Below, piece by piece: positions 31,866 to 41,828 of a stretch of DNA of 46,705 nt; the stretch's first letter is position 1; every line of letters begins with the position of its first letter. The notes under the pieces are model-generated. The model worked only from the letters and a program-made list of their open reading frames with translations. It was not told the DNA's origin and did not search any database. The DNA is from Thiomonas sp. (lineage in GTDB: Bacteria > Pseudomonadota > Gammaproteobacteria > Burkholderiales > Burkholderiaceae_C), in assembly GCA_021286835.1 (NCBI GenBank), contig JAJTBQ010000001.1, forward strand, positions 1 through 46,705, written 5' to 3'. The position numbers and the translations under genes were made by a program.

Positions 31866-31961
31866 ATCCAGATGGTTCAATAGGACGCGGGATGATGGCG
31901 CGGTGGTTTGAGGATGGATTGAGCCCCCGCGCAACGCGCCGCTTATTGGACAATCTGGGTT
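31865..31961 (+). repeat. Long imperfect inverted repeat (about 97-nt hairpin)
   Basis: AATCCAGATGGTTCAATAG (31865-31883) pairs with TTATTGGACAATCTGGGTT (31943-31961) at 18 of 19 positions allowing G-U; inner GCGCGG/CCGCGC stem. Confidence 0.65.
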
Positions 31962-31972
31962 GAAGGCCAGCG

Positions 31973-32016
31973 TTGAAAACCGCCCCGTGCCTGAAGCCAG
32001 GCCGCAGGCACGGGCG
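31973..32016 (-). terminator. Probable htpG terminator
   Basis: 10-bp stem CCCGTGCCTG (31984-31993) / CAGGCACGGG (32005-32014), followed on the minus strand by GTTTT. Confidence 0.6.
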
Positions 32017-32024
32017 TTCCAGGC

Positions 32025-33989
32025 TCAACCGGCCAGCAGGGCATTGACCCGGCGTACATAGGCCGCCGGATCATCGAGCTGACCGCCTTCGGCCAGCAGC
32101 GCCTGATCGAACACCACCTGCGCCAGATCGTCGGTGTGGGCCGCATCGGCCACCACGCGCTTGATCAGACCATGCCCGGGGTTGAGTTCGAGCACCGGTT
32201 TGGCGGCGGGCATTTCATCGCGTCCGGCCTGCTTGAGCAGCCGGGCCAGATGCGCGCTCATGCCGTCGTCCGCGGCAACCAGACAGGCCGGAGAGTCGAC
32301 CAGGCGTTCGGAGATCCGAACGTCCTGCACGCGCTCGCCCAGCGCCGCCTTGAAGCGCTCGATCAGCGCCTGATGGTCTTCGGAGGTCGCCTTCTCGTCC
32401 TTGGCCTCGCCAGCCTCGTCATCGGCGCCTTTGACGTCACCGAGGTCGACCGCCCCCCGCGCCACCGATTGCAGCGGCTTGCCGTCGAACTCATTGAGGA
32501 AGCCCAGCATCCACTCGTCCACCCGGTCGGTCAGCAACAGCACCTCGATGCCCTTCTTGCGAAAGATCTCGAGCTGGGGGCTGGAGCGGGCGATTTTCGG
32601 CGTCTCGGCCGTGATGTAGTAAATGGCCTTCTGCCCCTCTTTCATGCGGCTCACATAGTCGGCCAGTGACACGCTCTGCGCGTCGTCCTGCGCATGGGTG
32701 GAGGCCGCGCGCAGCAGCTTCGCCAGCCGTTCGCGATTGGCGAAATCTTCGCCAAAACCCTCCTTCAGGACGGGTCCGAACTCCGTCCAGAAAGCGGCAT
32801 ACTTGTCGCGTTCGCCAGCGTCGTCGCTGCCCGCCATGTCTTCCAGCAGCGACAGCACCCGCTTGACCGAACCCTCGCGGATGGCGCGCACATCGCGGCT
32901 TTCCTGCAGCATCTCGCGCGACACATTGAGCGGCAGATCGGCGCTGTCGATCACCCCGCGCACGAAGCGCAGATAGCTGGGCATCAGGCTTTGCGCGTCA
33001 TCGGTGATGAAGACCCGCTTCACGTAGAGCTTGACGCCGGCCTTCTGCTGCCGGTCCCACAGATCCATCGGAGCCTTGGCGGGGAGGTAAAGCAGCTGGG
33101 TGTATTCGCTGCGCCCCTCGACGCGGTTGTGCGTCCAGCGCAAGGGCGGGTTGCTGTCGCCGCTGAGCTGCTTGTAGAACTCGAGGTACTGCGCCTCGGT
33201 GATGTCGGATTTGCTGCGGGTCCACAACGCCGCGGCGCTGTTGATCTGTTCCCACTCGTCGGTGGCAACGTATTTGCTCTGTTCGGCATCCCAGTGCTCC
33301 TTGCGCATCTCGATGGGCAGGGAGATATGGTCGGAGTATTTGCCGATGAGATCCTTGAGCGTCCAGACGCGCAGATATTTCTCGATCTTGTCCTCGTGCG
33401 GCGTGTCGTCGGCATCGGCGCGCAAATGAAGAATCACATCGGTACCGCGTCCGGCGCGCGACATCGTCTCCACGGTGAATTCGCCGGTGCCGTCCGACAC
33501 CCAGCGCACGCCCTCGCCTTCGGCCATGCCCGCCTTGCGGGATTCGACGGTGATGCGATCGGCCACCATGAAGCCGGAATAGAAGCCCACGCCGAACTGG
33601 CCGATGAGGGCAGCGTCGGGCTTTTGCTTGTCGCCCAGCTTCTGCATGAACTCGCGCGTGCCCGATTTGGCAATCGTGCCCAGGTGCTCGACGGCATCGT
33701 CCAGACTCAGGCCGATGCCGTTGTCGCTGATGGTGAGCGTGCGCTGCTCGGGATCGACGGCGATGCGGATGCGCAATTGGGCATCGCCTTCCATCAGCGC
33801 GGCGTCGTCGATGGCCTGAAAGCGCAGCTTGTCGCACGCGTCCGAGGCATTGGAGATCAGCTCGCGCAGAAAAATGTCGCGGTTGGAATAGAGCGAATGG
33901 GTGACCAGATGCAGCAGTTGGCGGACTTCGGCCTGGAAGGCGTGGGTGTGCGTGCTGGTGGAGGATGCGTTGCTTGGTTCAGTGCTCAT
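32025..33989 (-). CDS. htpG: Molecular chaperone HtpG (Hsp90)
   Basis: [46 protein letters not shown]; ATG at 33989. Confidence 0.97.
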   Translation of the reverse strand: MSTEPSNASSTSTHTHAFQAEVRQLLHLVTHSLYSNRDIFLRELISNASDACDKLRFQAIDDAALMEGDAQLRIRIAVDPEQRTLTISDNGIGLSLDDAVEHLGTIAKSGTREFMQKLGDKQKPDAALIGQFGVGFYSGFMVADRITVESRKAGMAEGEGVRWVSDGTGEFTVETMSRAGRGTDVILHLRADADDTPHEDKIEKYLRVWTLKDLIGKYSDHISLPIEMRKEHWDAEQSKYVATDEWEQINSAAALWTRSKSDITEAQYLEFYKQLSGDSNPPLRWTHNRVEGRSEYTQLLYLPAKAPMDLWDRQQKAGVKLYVKRVFITDDAQSLMPSYLRFVRGVIDSADLPLNVSREMLQESRDVRAIREGSVKRVLSLLEDMAGSDDAGERDKYAAFWTEFGPVLKEGFGEDFANRERLAKLLRAASTHAQDDAQSVSLADYVSRMKEGQKAIYYITAETPKIARSSPQLEIFRKKGIEVLLLTDRVDEWMLGFLNEFDGKPLQSVARGAVDLGDVKGADDEAGEAKDEKATSEDHQALIERFKAALGERVQDVRISERLVDSPACLVAADDGMSAHLARLLKQAGRDEMPAAKPVLELNPGHGLIKRVVADAAHTDDLAQVVFDQALLAEGGQLDDPAAYVRRVNALLAG

Positions 33990-34028
33990 GGTGCGTACGG
34001 GAAACGAAGGAAAAAAACCTGCGCAGAC

Positions 34029-34056
34029 AGATACGGCCGGAAGGTCGAAAATCAAG
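34029..34056 (-). promoter_or_regulatory. Probable sigma-32 promoter for htpG
   Basis: Minus strand CTTGAT-N14-CCGTATCT, same geometry as the dnaK promoter. Confidence 0.65.
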
Positions 34057-34085
34057 GGCAAGGCGGAACAAGCCCAAGCGGTCGA

Positions 34086-34940
34086 TCATCTCGCCTGCGA
34101 CAAAAAGCCTGCCGCCCAGGCCTGCGACAGCCGCGGCAGGACGCGAAAGGCATTGGCGGTGGTCTGGCTGGCGGTCCTGCTCAGCGACCAGCCGCGCAAC
34201 TCGGCCAAAGTCTGGGCAATGCGCGGCAGATGCTCGGGCGCATTGGGCGTGGGCGGCGCATCGGTCTGCGTCTGCCAGGGGCGATAGAGCCACACGGGCG
34301 GTATGTCGGGCGCATCGGTTTCGAGCACCGGCACGGTCTCGGGAACATCGGCGGCCAGTCTGCGGATGTTGAGCGCCCGCTCGAAGGTCATGGCGCCTCC
34401 GAACCCCAGGGCGAACCCCAGGTCGATGAAGCCCTGCGCCTGTTGCGCGCTGCCGTTGAAGGCGTGGGCGATGCCCGCAGGCCGCCCTGATCCAAAACCG
34501 GCGCGGCGCAGTCCGGCCAGCAAGGCGTCCTGCGACTTGCGCACATGCAGGATGACGGGCAGATCGAAAGCCCGCGCGATGCGCAACTGCGCCGCGTAGA
34601 ACCGCTGCTGTCGCTCGCGGTCCAGACCCGGAACAAAAAAATCCAGCCCGATTTCGCCAATGCCGACGAACCGCGGATCGGTCAGCGCCTGAGCCACCGC
34701 CGCATGCAGGGCCTGCAAATCCTCATCCTGCGCCTGCTCGACGTAGAGTGGATGAATGCCCAGCGCGTAGGCCCAGCCGCAGCGGTGCGCAAGTTGCTGA
34801 ACCGTTTCGAAATGGCGGCGCTCGACCGCCGGAATCACCCCGCCGGCCACCCCCACCCGCCGCGCCCGCGCCACCACCTCGATGGCCTGCCCCTCAAATT
34901 CGGCCGCGTCGAGATGGGCGTGGGTATCGATCCACGCCAT
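34086..34940 (-). CDS. TatD family hydrolase/nuclease
   Basis: IDTHAHLD, GIHP, IGEIGLDF, PVILHVR, HAFNGS, LETDAP; ATG at 34940. Confidence 0.93.
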   Translation of the reverse strand: MAWIDTHAHLDAAEFEGQAIEVVARARRVGVAGGVIPAVERRHFETVQQLAHRCGWAYALGIHPLYVEQAQDEDLQALHAAVAQALTDPRFVGIGEIGLDFFVPGLDRERQQRFYAAQLRIARAFDLPVILHVRKSQDALLAGLRRAGFGSGRPAGIAHAFNGSAQQAQGFIDLGFALGFGGAMTFERALNIRRLAADVPETVPVLETDAPDIPPVWLYRPWQTQTDAPPTPNAPEHLPRIAQTLAELRGWSLSRTASQTTANAFRVLPRLSQAWAAGFLSQAR

Positions 34941-34989
34941 GGCGGAACCCTCTCGCTCAGTCATTGAGACGTCCTCCCTGATGAGCTCG

Positions 34990-35005
34990 TGTGCAAAAAA
35001 TCACA
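34990..35005. promoter_or_regulatory. CRP/FNR-family-like binding site between tatD and pelA
   Basis: TGTGC-AAAAAA-TCACA, one mismatch to TGTGA-N6-TCACA. Confidence 0.5.
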
Positions 35006-35124
35006 AATCCCTTCCCACGCCGCCGCAATTTCAGGCACGGCCACTCGAAAAACGAAGAAAATCGGACACCTGCATCCGATTGATCACAACATTCCTGCGG
35101 TCTGATCTTCCCCTGAAACCGACC

Positions 35125-38016
35125 ATGCAACGCCGCCATTTTCTTCAGTCCTTCGCGCAAAGCCGCCTGCTGGCCAACACCCTGGGGCGCCGAGGCCTTC
35201 TGGGGCTGGGTTTGCTGAGTGCCGGTGTGGGCAAGGCGCTGGCCCAGACCTGTACCTGCGGGCAATGTCCCGATTGTCTCGGCGGCGATCCGCAAGCCGC
35301 CGATCAGCCTGCCGTCGCTTTTTACTACGGCGCGCGCATTCCGGTGGACGACCTGCGCGCCTTCGACTGGGTGGTGCTCGAACCCGCGCACGCCCTGGCG
35401 CAAGATCCCCGCATCGTCGCCACCCTCGGTCCCGACACCCTCGCGCTGGCCTATGTGTCGGTGGGCGAAGTCACCCCGGATCGGCCCTATTTCGCCGACG
35501 TGCCCAAGGCCTGGCTGCCCGCATCGAACGCGGCCTGGGGCTCGCGGGTGGTCGATCAGACCGCGGCGGGCTGGCCCCGATTCCTGCGCGAGCGCATCGT
35601 CAAGCCGCTATGGGATGCCGGCTTCCGCGCCTTTTTCCTCGACACCCTCGACTCCTATCAGCTGCTGGCCAAGACGCCTGCCGAACAGGCGCGGCAGGCC
35701 CAGGCCCTGGCGGAGACGCTGCGGAGTCTGATCGCCGCGTTTCCGGGCATCCGTCTGATGCTCAACCGCGGCTTCGAGTTGGTCGACGCGACGCTGGCGC
35801 CGAACGTCCTCGCGGTGGCGGCCGAATCGGTCTACCGCGGCTGGAACCAGGGCGAAAACGCTTATGTCGAGGTGTCGGCCTCTGACCGCGAATGGCTGCT
35901 GGCGCGCTTTGCCGACATGCGCGGCAAGTTCAAGCTGCCATGCATCGCCATCGATTACTGTGCGCCGCAAGACCGCGCGCTCGCCCGCCAGACGGCGCAG
36001 AACATCGCGGCACAGGGCCTCATCCCCTGGGTGGCCGACCCCACGCTGGAGAGCCTGGGCGTGGGCACGGTGGAACTGGTGCCGCGCCGTGTGCTGCTGC
36101 TGCATTCCTGCAAGGAGGGCGACAGCCCGGAACTCCAGGCGCAAAGCGCCCACATCTATGGCGCCATGCCGCTGGAGTACCTCGGCCTGGTGCCCGAGTA
36201 CCGCTATATCGGCGCGCCCGCCGTGAGCGAACCCCTGGCCGGACGCTATGCGGCGCTCGTGCTGTATCCCGACCAGTCCGAGGTGCCCGCCGACATTCGC
36301 ACGCTGCTCAAGCGCGCGGTCGCCGAAAAGGTGCCGGTGGTCGTCATGGGCTCGGCTGATGCGGACGTGCTGCCCGAACTCGGCGCCACCACGGTGGGCC
36401 AGTCCGCCCTGCCCGGCCCGATCCGCGTGCAGCGCGAGACAGGCTCGCCCAATGGCGAAGTCATTCCGCTGATCAATCCGCTGGACACCGTGCCCATCGA
36501 TGCCGGGCCGGGCGCGCAACCCTGGCTCACGGCCACCGGTGCCGACGGCCGCGCCATGGCAGGCGCCGCCATCACCCCCTGGGGCGGCTATGCGTTGGGC
36601 GCGTTCGGCGTGTTCAATCTGCCGGGCAATACCGGCACGCGCTGGTCGATCGAGCCCATCGCCTTCTTCGGTGCCGCGCTGCGCCTGGGCCACGACCCCA
36701 TGCCCGACGTCACGACCCGGACCGGGCGCCGCGTCTTCTTCGTGCACTTCGACGGCGACGGCTGGCCGAACGCCAGCGATCAGCCCGGCTCGCCGCTGGC
36801 CTGCGAAGTGCTGATCACCGATTTCCTCGAAAAGTACAAGGTGCCTACGCTGGCCTCGGTCATCATCGGCGAGATCAGCCATGAGGGCCTCTACCCCAAA
36901 ACGGCCGATCTCTCGCAGAAATGGGCCCGGCGCATGTACGCCCTGCCGTGGATCGAAGTCGGCAGTCATACCTGGTCGCATCCCTTCAACTGGGTGGAGG
37001 CCAGCCGCACGCACAGCTTGGGCAAGCCCAGCAAGGACTATCCCTACGGCTACTACCTGCCCCTGCCCAACTACACCTTCAGCACGGCGAGCAACATCAC
37101 CGGCGCGGCCGATTACATCGACCAGAAGCTCGCGCCGCCCGGCAAGAAATGCGATATGGTGCTCTGGCCCGGTGACTGCAATCCACCCGATGAAGCCGTG
37201 GCCATGGCCTACGAGAACGGACTGGGCAATATCAATGGCGGCGGCGCGCCGATCACCAAGTCTCAGCCCACCCTCTCGAACATCTGGCCCATGGGCATTC
37301 CCAAGGGCCAGTATTTCCAGGTGTACGCCGCGCAGTCGAACGAGGAAGACTTCACCCACAACTGGAAAGGCCCTTACTTCGGCTTCGAGCGTGTGATCGA
37401 GAGCTATCAGCTCACCGATCTTCCGCGCCGCATCAAACCGATCGACATCTACTTCCACCCTTACATCGTGACCAAGGCGGCCGGCGCCAAAAGCCTGCAC
37501 ACGGTGTACCAATGGGTGCTCAAACAGCCCACCCACGCCATCTTCGGCCACCAGTATTTCCGCAGCGTCAACGACTGGCGGCAGGCCACCGTCGCGCGCC
37601 GCCTGGCGGGCGGCTGGCGTCTGCGCGCCGGGCCGGAGATGCGGCAGTGGACCCAGCCCCAGGCAGCCAGCCTACCGGAGCTGGCGAACTGCCGGAACAT
37701 CGCCGGCTGGAACGAGCACGGGCAGCAACGTTATGTGCATGCGACGGCGCAGCAGGCCATCCTGCAGACATCGGCCGCGGGCCAGCCAGCGCCACGGCTG
37801 ATCGAGGCCAATGCCGACGTCACGCGCTGGATCGTGCAGAAGAACGACAGCGTGCAGATCAGTCTGCGCGGTCACCTGCCGGTCGAAGCCGAGTTCGCGC
37901 TGCCGCCCGGCTGGACCGTGCAGACCGCCAAGGGCGCGAGCGTCGAGAAAACCGCCTCGGGCGTGCGCATCAGCAGCACCGGCACCACAACGGATCTCGC
38001 CCTGAAGCGGGCCTGA
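35125..38016 (+). CDS. pelA: PelA: bifunctional glycoside hydrolase / polysaccharide deacetylase, Tat signal
   Basis: VAFYYG, AYVSVGE, FFLDTLDSY, LNRGFE, AAESV hydrolase motifs; HFDGDG and SHTWSHPF deacetylase motifs; first gene of the operon; ATG at 35125. Confidence 0.92.
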   Translation: MQRRHFLQSFAQSRLLANTLGRRGLLGLGLLSAGVGKALAQTCTCGQCPDCLGGDPQAADQPAVAFYYGARIPVDDLRAFDWVVLEPAHALAQDPRIVATLGPDTLALAYVSVGEVTPDRPYFADVPKAWLPASNAAWGSRVVDQTAAGWPRFLRERIVKPLWDAGFRAFFLDTLDSYQLLAKTPAEQARQAQALAETLRSLIAAFPGIRLMLNRGFELVDATLAPNVLAVAAESVYRGWNQGENAYVEVSASDREWLLARFADMRGKFKLPCIAIDYCAPQDRALARQTAQNIAAQGLIPWVADPTLESLGVGTVELVPRRVLLLHSCKEGDSPELQAQSAHIYGAMPLEYLGLVPEYRYIGAPAVSEPLAGRYAALVLYPDQSEVPADIRTLLKRAVAEKVPVVVMGSADADVLPELGATTVGQSALPGPIRVQRETGSPNGEVIPLINPLDTVPIDAGPGAQPWLTATGADGRAMAGAAITPWGGYALGAFGVFNLPGNTGTRWSIEPIAFFGAALRLGHDPMPDVTTRTGRRVFFVHFDGDGWPNASDQPGSPLACEVLITDFLEKYKVPTLASVIIGEISHEGLYPKTADLSQKWARRMYALPWIEVGSHTWSHPFNWVEASRTHSLGKPSKDYPYGYYLPLPNYTFSTASNITGAADYIDQKLAPPGKKCDMVLWPGDCNPPDEAVAMAYENGLGNINGGGAPITKSQPTLSNIWPMGIPKGQYFQVYAAQSNEEDFTHNWKGPYFGFERVIESYQLTDLPRRIKPIDIYFHPYIVTKAAGAKSLHTVYQWVLKQPTHAIFGHQYFRSVNDWRQATVARRLAGGWRLRAGPEMRQWTQPQAASLPELANCRNIAGWNEHGQQRYVHATAQQAILQTSAAGQPAPRLIEANADVTRWIVQKNDSVQISLRGHLPVEAEFALPPGWTVQTAKGASVEKTASGVRISSTGTTTDLALKRA

Positions 38017-38032
38017 CCGACAATCACGTTCG

Positions 38033-41000
38033 ATGCTGGAAAACCCCCGCCCCGCCCGACGCGATCCGCTGCACATCTCACCCGATGATCCGCAGCGCAG
38101 CCGCCTCTTTCCGCGCGGGGCACTTCTAGGCTTGGGATTGCTGTGCGCCGGCACTCTGGCGCTGGTCTATCCCGGCCAGCGTCTGATGCAATTGCTCGGC
38201 AGCAGCGCCGACGACGGGCTGGCCATCGACTACCTGCGCCATCTGGTCGATCTCCGCGGCGGCGACATCGACTACCGCCTGATGCTGGCCCAGCGCTACG
38301 TGCACATCGGCAAGTCGCAGGAGGCGCTCGACACCTTGCGTTCGGTGCAGACCCCGCAGGCCGACGCCCTGCGGCTGCAGATCTGGAAAACCCGCTGGTT
38401 CGATGCCCGCGCTCTGGGCCGGGACGCCCAGGCGGCCAAGGCGCGCGAGGCGCTCATCGGTCTGCTGCAGCACGCGCGGCCCGCCAGCTTCAACGATTGG
38501 CGCGACACCCTGGTGCTGCTGCAAGGTCTGGACGTGCCTCAAGACGTGCAGCGCCTGGCAGGCGAAGTCCGCCGCTTCCTGCCCCTGCCCCCCGTTGCGG
38601 CGCAGCAGGCGGCGCAATTGCTCGTGGGCGTGCATGCCGAGGCGCTTGCCGCGCAGGTCTTGTTCGACTCGGCCCGGGGCCGGGTGACCGAGGCCGAGCG
38701 CCAGCAGCTGATCGAGTCGGGATCCCGCGCCCTGCTTGCCTCGGGCGATCCCCGCCTGGCCTACCGGCAGACCGCCGCGGCTTTGGGCAAGGGCCCGGTG
38801 CAACCCGCCATGGCCTGGTACATGGTGCGTCTGGCGCTGGGGGCCAACCAGCCCACCGAGGCCTATCTCTGGTTGCAGCAGGCCGCAGCGCTCGATCAGC
38901 CCGCCGCCGAACTGGGCCGGGCCCTCGCCCCGGAGCAGCGCGAACTGGCCTGGCAAGTGCTGCTGGCCAATGGCCATCTGCGGGAAGCCGTCCACCTCGC
39001 CGACGCAGCGATGGCGGCGCAACCCGGCAACCGAGTCTGGGCCCAGCGCCGCGCCCAGGTGCTGGAATGGAGCGGTCAACCCGACGCGGCCATGCGGCAG
39101 TGGATCGCCCTGCTGCGCGCCCAGTTCACGCAGCATGCCCTCGACGAACTGCGCCGCCTCGCGCTGGCCCTGCATTCCAGCAGCGGTCTGGATGCCTACT
39201 GGGCCCAGCGCGCCGCGCACACCAACCTCACGGCCGACGAGTGGCTGCAATACGCCCAGGCGCTGGAAATCCGCGGTCATCCGCAGCAAGCGGTGACCAT
39301 CCTGCGCAAAGCCGCGGTCAAGGAGCCCAAGGTGCTGACGCCGCTGGCCTGGCTGCTGGGCAATATGGGCGAGGTCGAGGCTTCGCTGGCGACCTATGCC
39401 GAGGCGCTCAAGCGCGGCGCGCTCGATCTGCGCGGCAGCATCGACTACGCCATCGCCCTGCTTCAAAGCGGACAGTTCGAGCAGGCGCGGCAGGTGCTCG
39501 AAGCCACCCAGCACTTGCGGGATGCCACGAACTGCACCGGCGCTCCCTCCACAGCCCGTCCCGCCGAGGGCGCGCCCACCGCCTTCGTGCCGCCGTGCAG
39601 CAATACCGAATTGCGCACCGCCCATCAGGGGCTGCTGGGCGACATCGCCTGGGACATGGGTGAGCCCGCCAGCGCCCGCGCCGCTTACGGCAGCATCTGG
39701 CAGACGCCCGCGCTGCGCGACAGCATCAAGCCCTATCAGCTCCAGCGCTTCATCATCCTCACGCAGCAATCCGAGGGCGATGCCGCGGCGCTGCGTCTGC
39801 TGCCGCAAGCCTGGGCCAAGGCGCCCTCGCAGGCCCTGGCCCTGCTGTGGCTGCAATCGCTGGTGCGCCAGCCCAGCGCGCAAGGCATCGAAGCGTGGCA
39901 GCGCGTGGTGCTCGACAGCGAAGCGGGCGCGCCCCTGCGCCAGCAGCCCGAGATGTACGCCGCCCGTGCCCAGGTCTGGCGGGCGCTGGGCCGTACCGAC
40001 CAGGCGCTGGCCGATCTGCGCCAGGCGCTGCGGCTGGCGCCCGGCAACACCGACAACCAGATCGCCCTGCTCTGGATGTTGATCGACGCGAACCAACTCG
40101 GCGCCCTGCGGCAAGACAGCGCCCGCTACAGCCGCAGCCTGCAGAGCCTGCCCGACGGCCTGGACGTGCTGTCCGCCGCGGCGCAGACCCTTGGCGACAC
40201 CAGCGCCGCCGTGCGCTACAGCCAGCGCATCTATCCCCGCAAGAAACACGACGCGCTCTGGCTGCTCAACTACGGCGACCTGCTCGATCAGGCTGGCGAG
40301 AACCGGCTCGCGCAGGCTGCGTACAACCAGTCGTGGGCGCTGCTGCAGGCCAAGGCACGCCAGCCCGGCGCCAGCCCGAACGGCAAGACCAGCGATCAGG
40401 CCCTGGGCGAACTGCTCGCCCGCCTGCGCCTGAGTCACGCCCGTACCGATGGCGCGGGCCAGCAGGTGCTGCTCAACCCGTTGCGCGACAAGCTGCGCGG
40501 CGGCGCGCTCACGGCCCAGCAGACCCTGCAGGCCAACGCCGCCATTGCCGACTGGCTGCTGCGCCTGGACACCAGCTCGGCTGCGCGCTGGTGGCTGGCG
40601 CGGCGCGTGCTCACCCCCGCCGCCCGCCAGTCCATCGAGTTGCAGATGGCTCTGCGCGCGGGCGACCGCGAGGCCACCCGCCGCCTGCTCGACGAGGGCG
40701 CCGCGCGCCATCTGCTGCCTCAGGACAGGCCGGAAGCCGAGCGCGTGGCAGGCCGCCCCATGAAAGCCTTGGCCGAGGCCGAACAGGTGCTGGAAAACGC
40801 CGCCGAGCGCGGCCAGGACAACCCGGCGCTGCAATCCCTCGCCCGCCAGACCGCCGAGCAGCAACTCGCGCTGGCGCATCGCGCCACCTTGAACCTGGAG
40901 CATCGCCAGATCGACAACGTCGTCCGCCAAGGGCCTGTTCTGCAACTGTCGCTGCAGCTCGGGGCGCAGTGGCGCGTGCAGGCCCAGGCCAGCCGCCAGT

Positions 41001-41791
41001 CGATGCGCAGCAATGACACCAGCGTCCTCACCGGCGTTCCCGCCACCTGGAACGACGCGCAGCTCGGGCTGCAATGGCAGGGCGAACGCACCCAGATCAG
41101 CGGCGCGCTGACGCACAACACCGCCGTGGGCACGCTGGACGGCTGGCGACTCGGCGGCAACACCCAGCTTCCGAACCACATCGACCTGCAGCTCGAAGCC
41201 GAGCACCACGCCGTGGCCGACGAGTCCGGTCCGCTGCAGATCGCCGGCAGCCGCGACCGGCTGGAGCTGCGCCTGTCGCGCGACTTCGGCCGCGTATGGG
41301 CCAATGTGAGCACCGCGGTGATGTCCTACGACACCCGCCGGGGCGATCCGCTCGGTCATGGCGCGAGCACCCAGTTCGAACTGGGCTACTGGTTGCGCCG
41401 GGGCGAGCCCGATCTCAGCGTCAAGCTGCTGGGCTATTCCAACCGTTTCAGCGCCAACGCGGGACCGCCGCTGCCGGCTTACGCACCGCTGGTGCCGGGC
41501 GGGGCGGCGCCCGATGCAACCTTTTTCATCCCCGCCGGCGACGACGTGATCGGCCTCGGCCTGGGGTTCAATAGGGCGCATGGCGACACCTATACCCGCC
41601 GCTGGCTGCCGTATGCCGAGGTCGATGTGCTGCAATCACGCCGGTTGGGGCTGACCAACAATCTGAATCTGGGCCTCCACGGCCCCGTGTTCGGGCCCGA
41701 CGAACTGTCCTTCAGTTACCAGCGACAGCAGAACACCTCGGGCCTGAACCGGCAGTGGAATCTGCAGTACCGTTTGTGGTTCGGTCGATGA
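38033..41791 (+). CDS. pelB: PelB: TPR scaffold with C-terminal outer-membrane beta-barrel
   Basis: Long helical TPR-like region, amphipathic beta-strand C-terminus (G.DELSFSY...LQYRLWFGR); position after pelA. Confidence 0.88.
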   Translation: MLENPRPARRDPLHISPDDPQRSRLFPRGALLGLGLLCAGTLALVYPGQRLMQLLGSSADDGLAIDYLRHLVDLRGGDIDYRLMLAQRYVHIGKSQEALDTLRSVQTPQADALRLQIWKTRWFDARALGRDAQAAKAREALIGLLQHARPASFNDWRDTLVLLQGLDVPQDVQRLAGEVRRFLPLPPVAAQQAAQLLVGVHAEALAAQVLFDSARGRVTEAERQQLIESGSRALLASGDPRLAYRQTAAALGKGPVQPAMAWYMVRLALGANQPTEAYLWLQQAAALDQPAAELGRALAPEQRELAWQVLLANGHLREAVHLADAAMAAQPGNRVWAQRRAQVLEWSGQPDAAMRQWIALLRAQFTQHALDELRRLALALHSSSGLDAYWAQRAAHTNLTADEWLQYAQALEIRGHPQQAVTILRKAAVKEPKVLTPLAWLLGNMGEVEASLATYAEALKRGALDLRGSIDYAIALLQSGQFEQARQVLEATQHLRDATNCTGAPSTARPAEGAPTAFVPPCSNTELRTAHQGLLGDIAWDMGEPASARAAYGSIWQTPALRDSIKPYQLQRFIILTQQSEGDAAALRLLPQAWAKAPSQALALLWLQSLVRQPSAQGIEAWQRVVLDSEAGAPLRQQPEMYAARAQVWRALGRTDQALADLRQALRLAPGNTDNQIALLWMLIDANQLGALRQDSARYSRSLQSLPDGLDVLSAAAQTLGDTSAAVRYSQRIYPRKKHDALWLLNYGDLLDQAGENRLAQAAYNQSWALLQAKARQPGASPNGKTSDQALGELLARLRLSHARTDGAGQQVLLNPLRDKLRGGALTAQQTLQANAAIADWLLRLDTSSAARWWLARRVLTPAARQSIELQMALRAGDREATRRLLDEGAARHLLPQDRPEAERVAGRPMKALAEAEQVLENAAERGQDNPALQSLARQTAEQQLALAHRATLNLEHRQIDNVVRQGPVLQLSLQLGAQWRVQAQASRQSMRSNDTSVLTGVPATWNDAQLGLQWQGERTQISGALTHNTAVGTLDGWRLGGNTQLPNHIDLQLEAEHHAVADESGPLQIAGSRDRLELRLSRDFGRVWANVSTAVMSYDTRRGDPLGHGASTQFELGYWLRRGEPDLSVKLLGYSNRFSANAGPPLPAYAPLVPGGAAPDATFFIPAGDDVIGLGLGFNRAHGDTYTRRWLPYAEVDVLQSRRLGLTNNLNLGLHGPVFGPDELSFSYQRQQNTSGLNRQWNLQYRLWFGR

Positions 41792-41828
41792 CCGCGTTCT
41801 TATCACCATGATGAAGCAGGAGAGTTCC

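Noticed and set aside
35080-35093. FNR box (TTGAT...) upstream of pelA
   Set aside because: Only one half-site; the sequence after the 4-nt spacer is ACATT, not ATCAA
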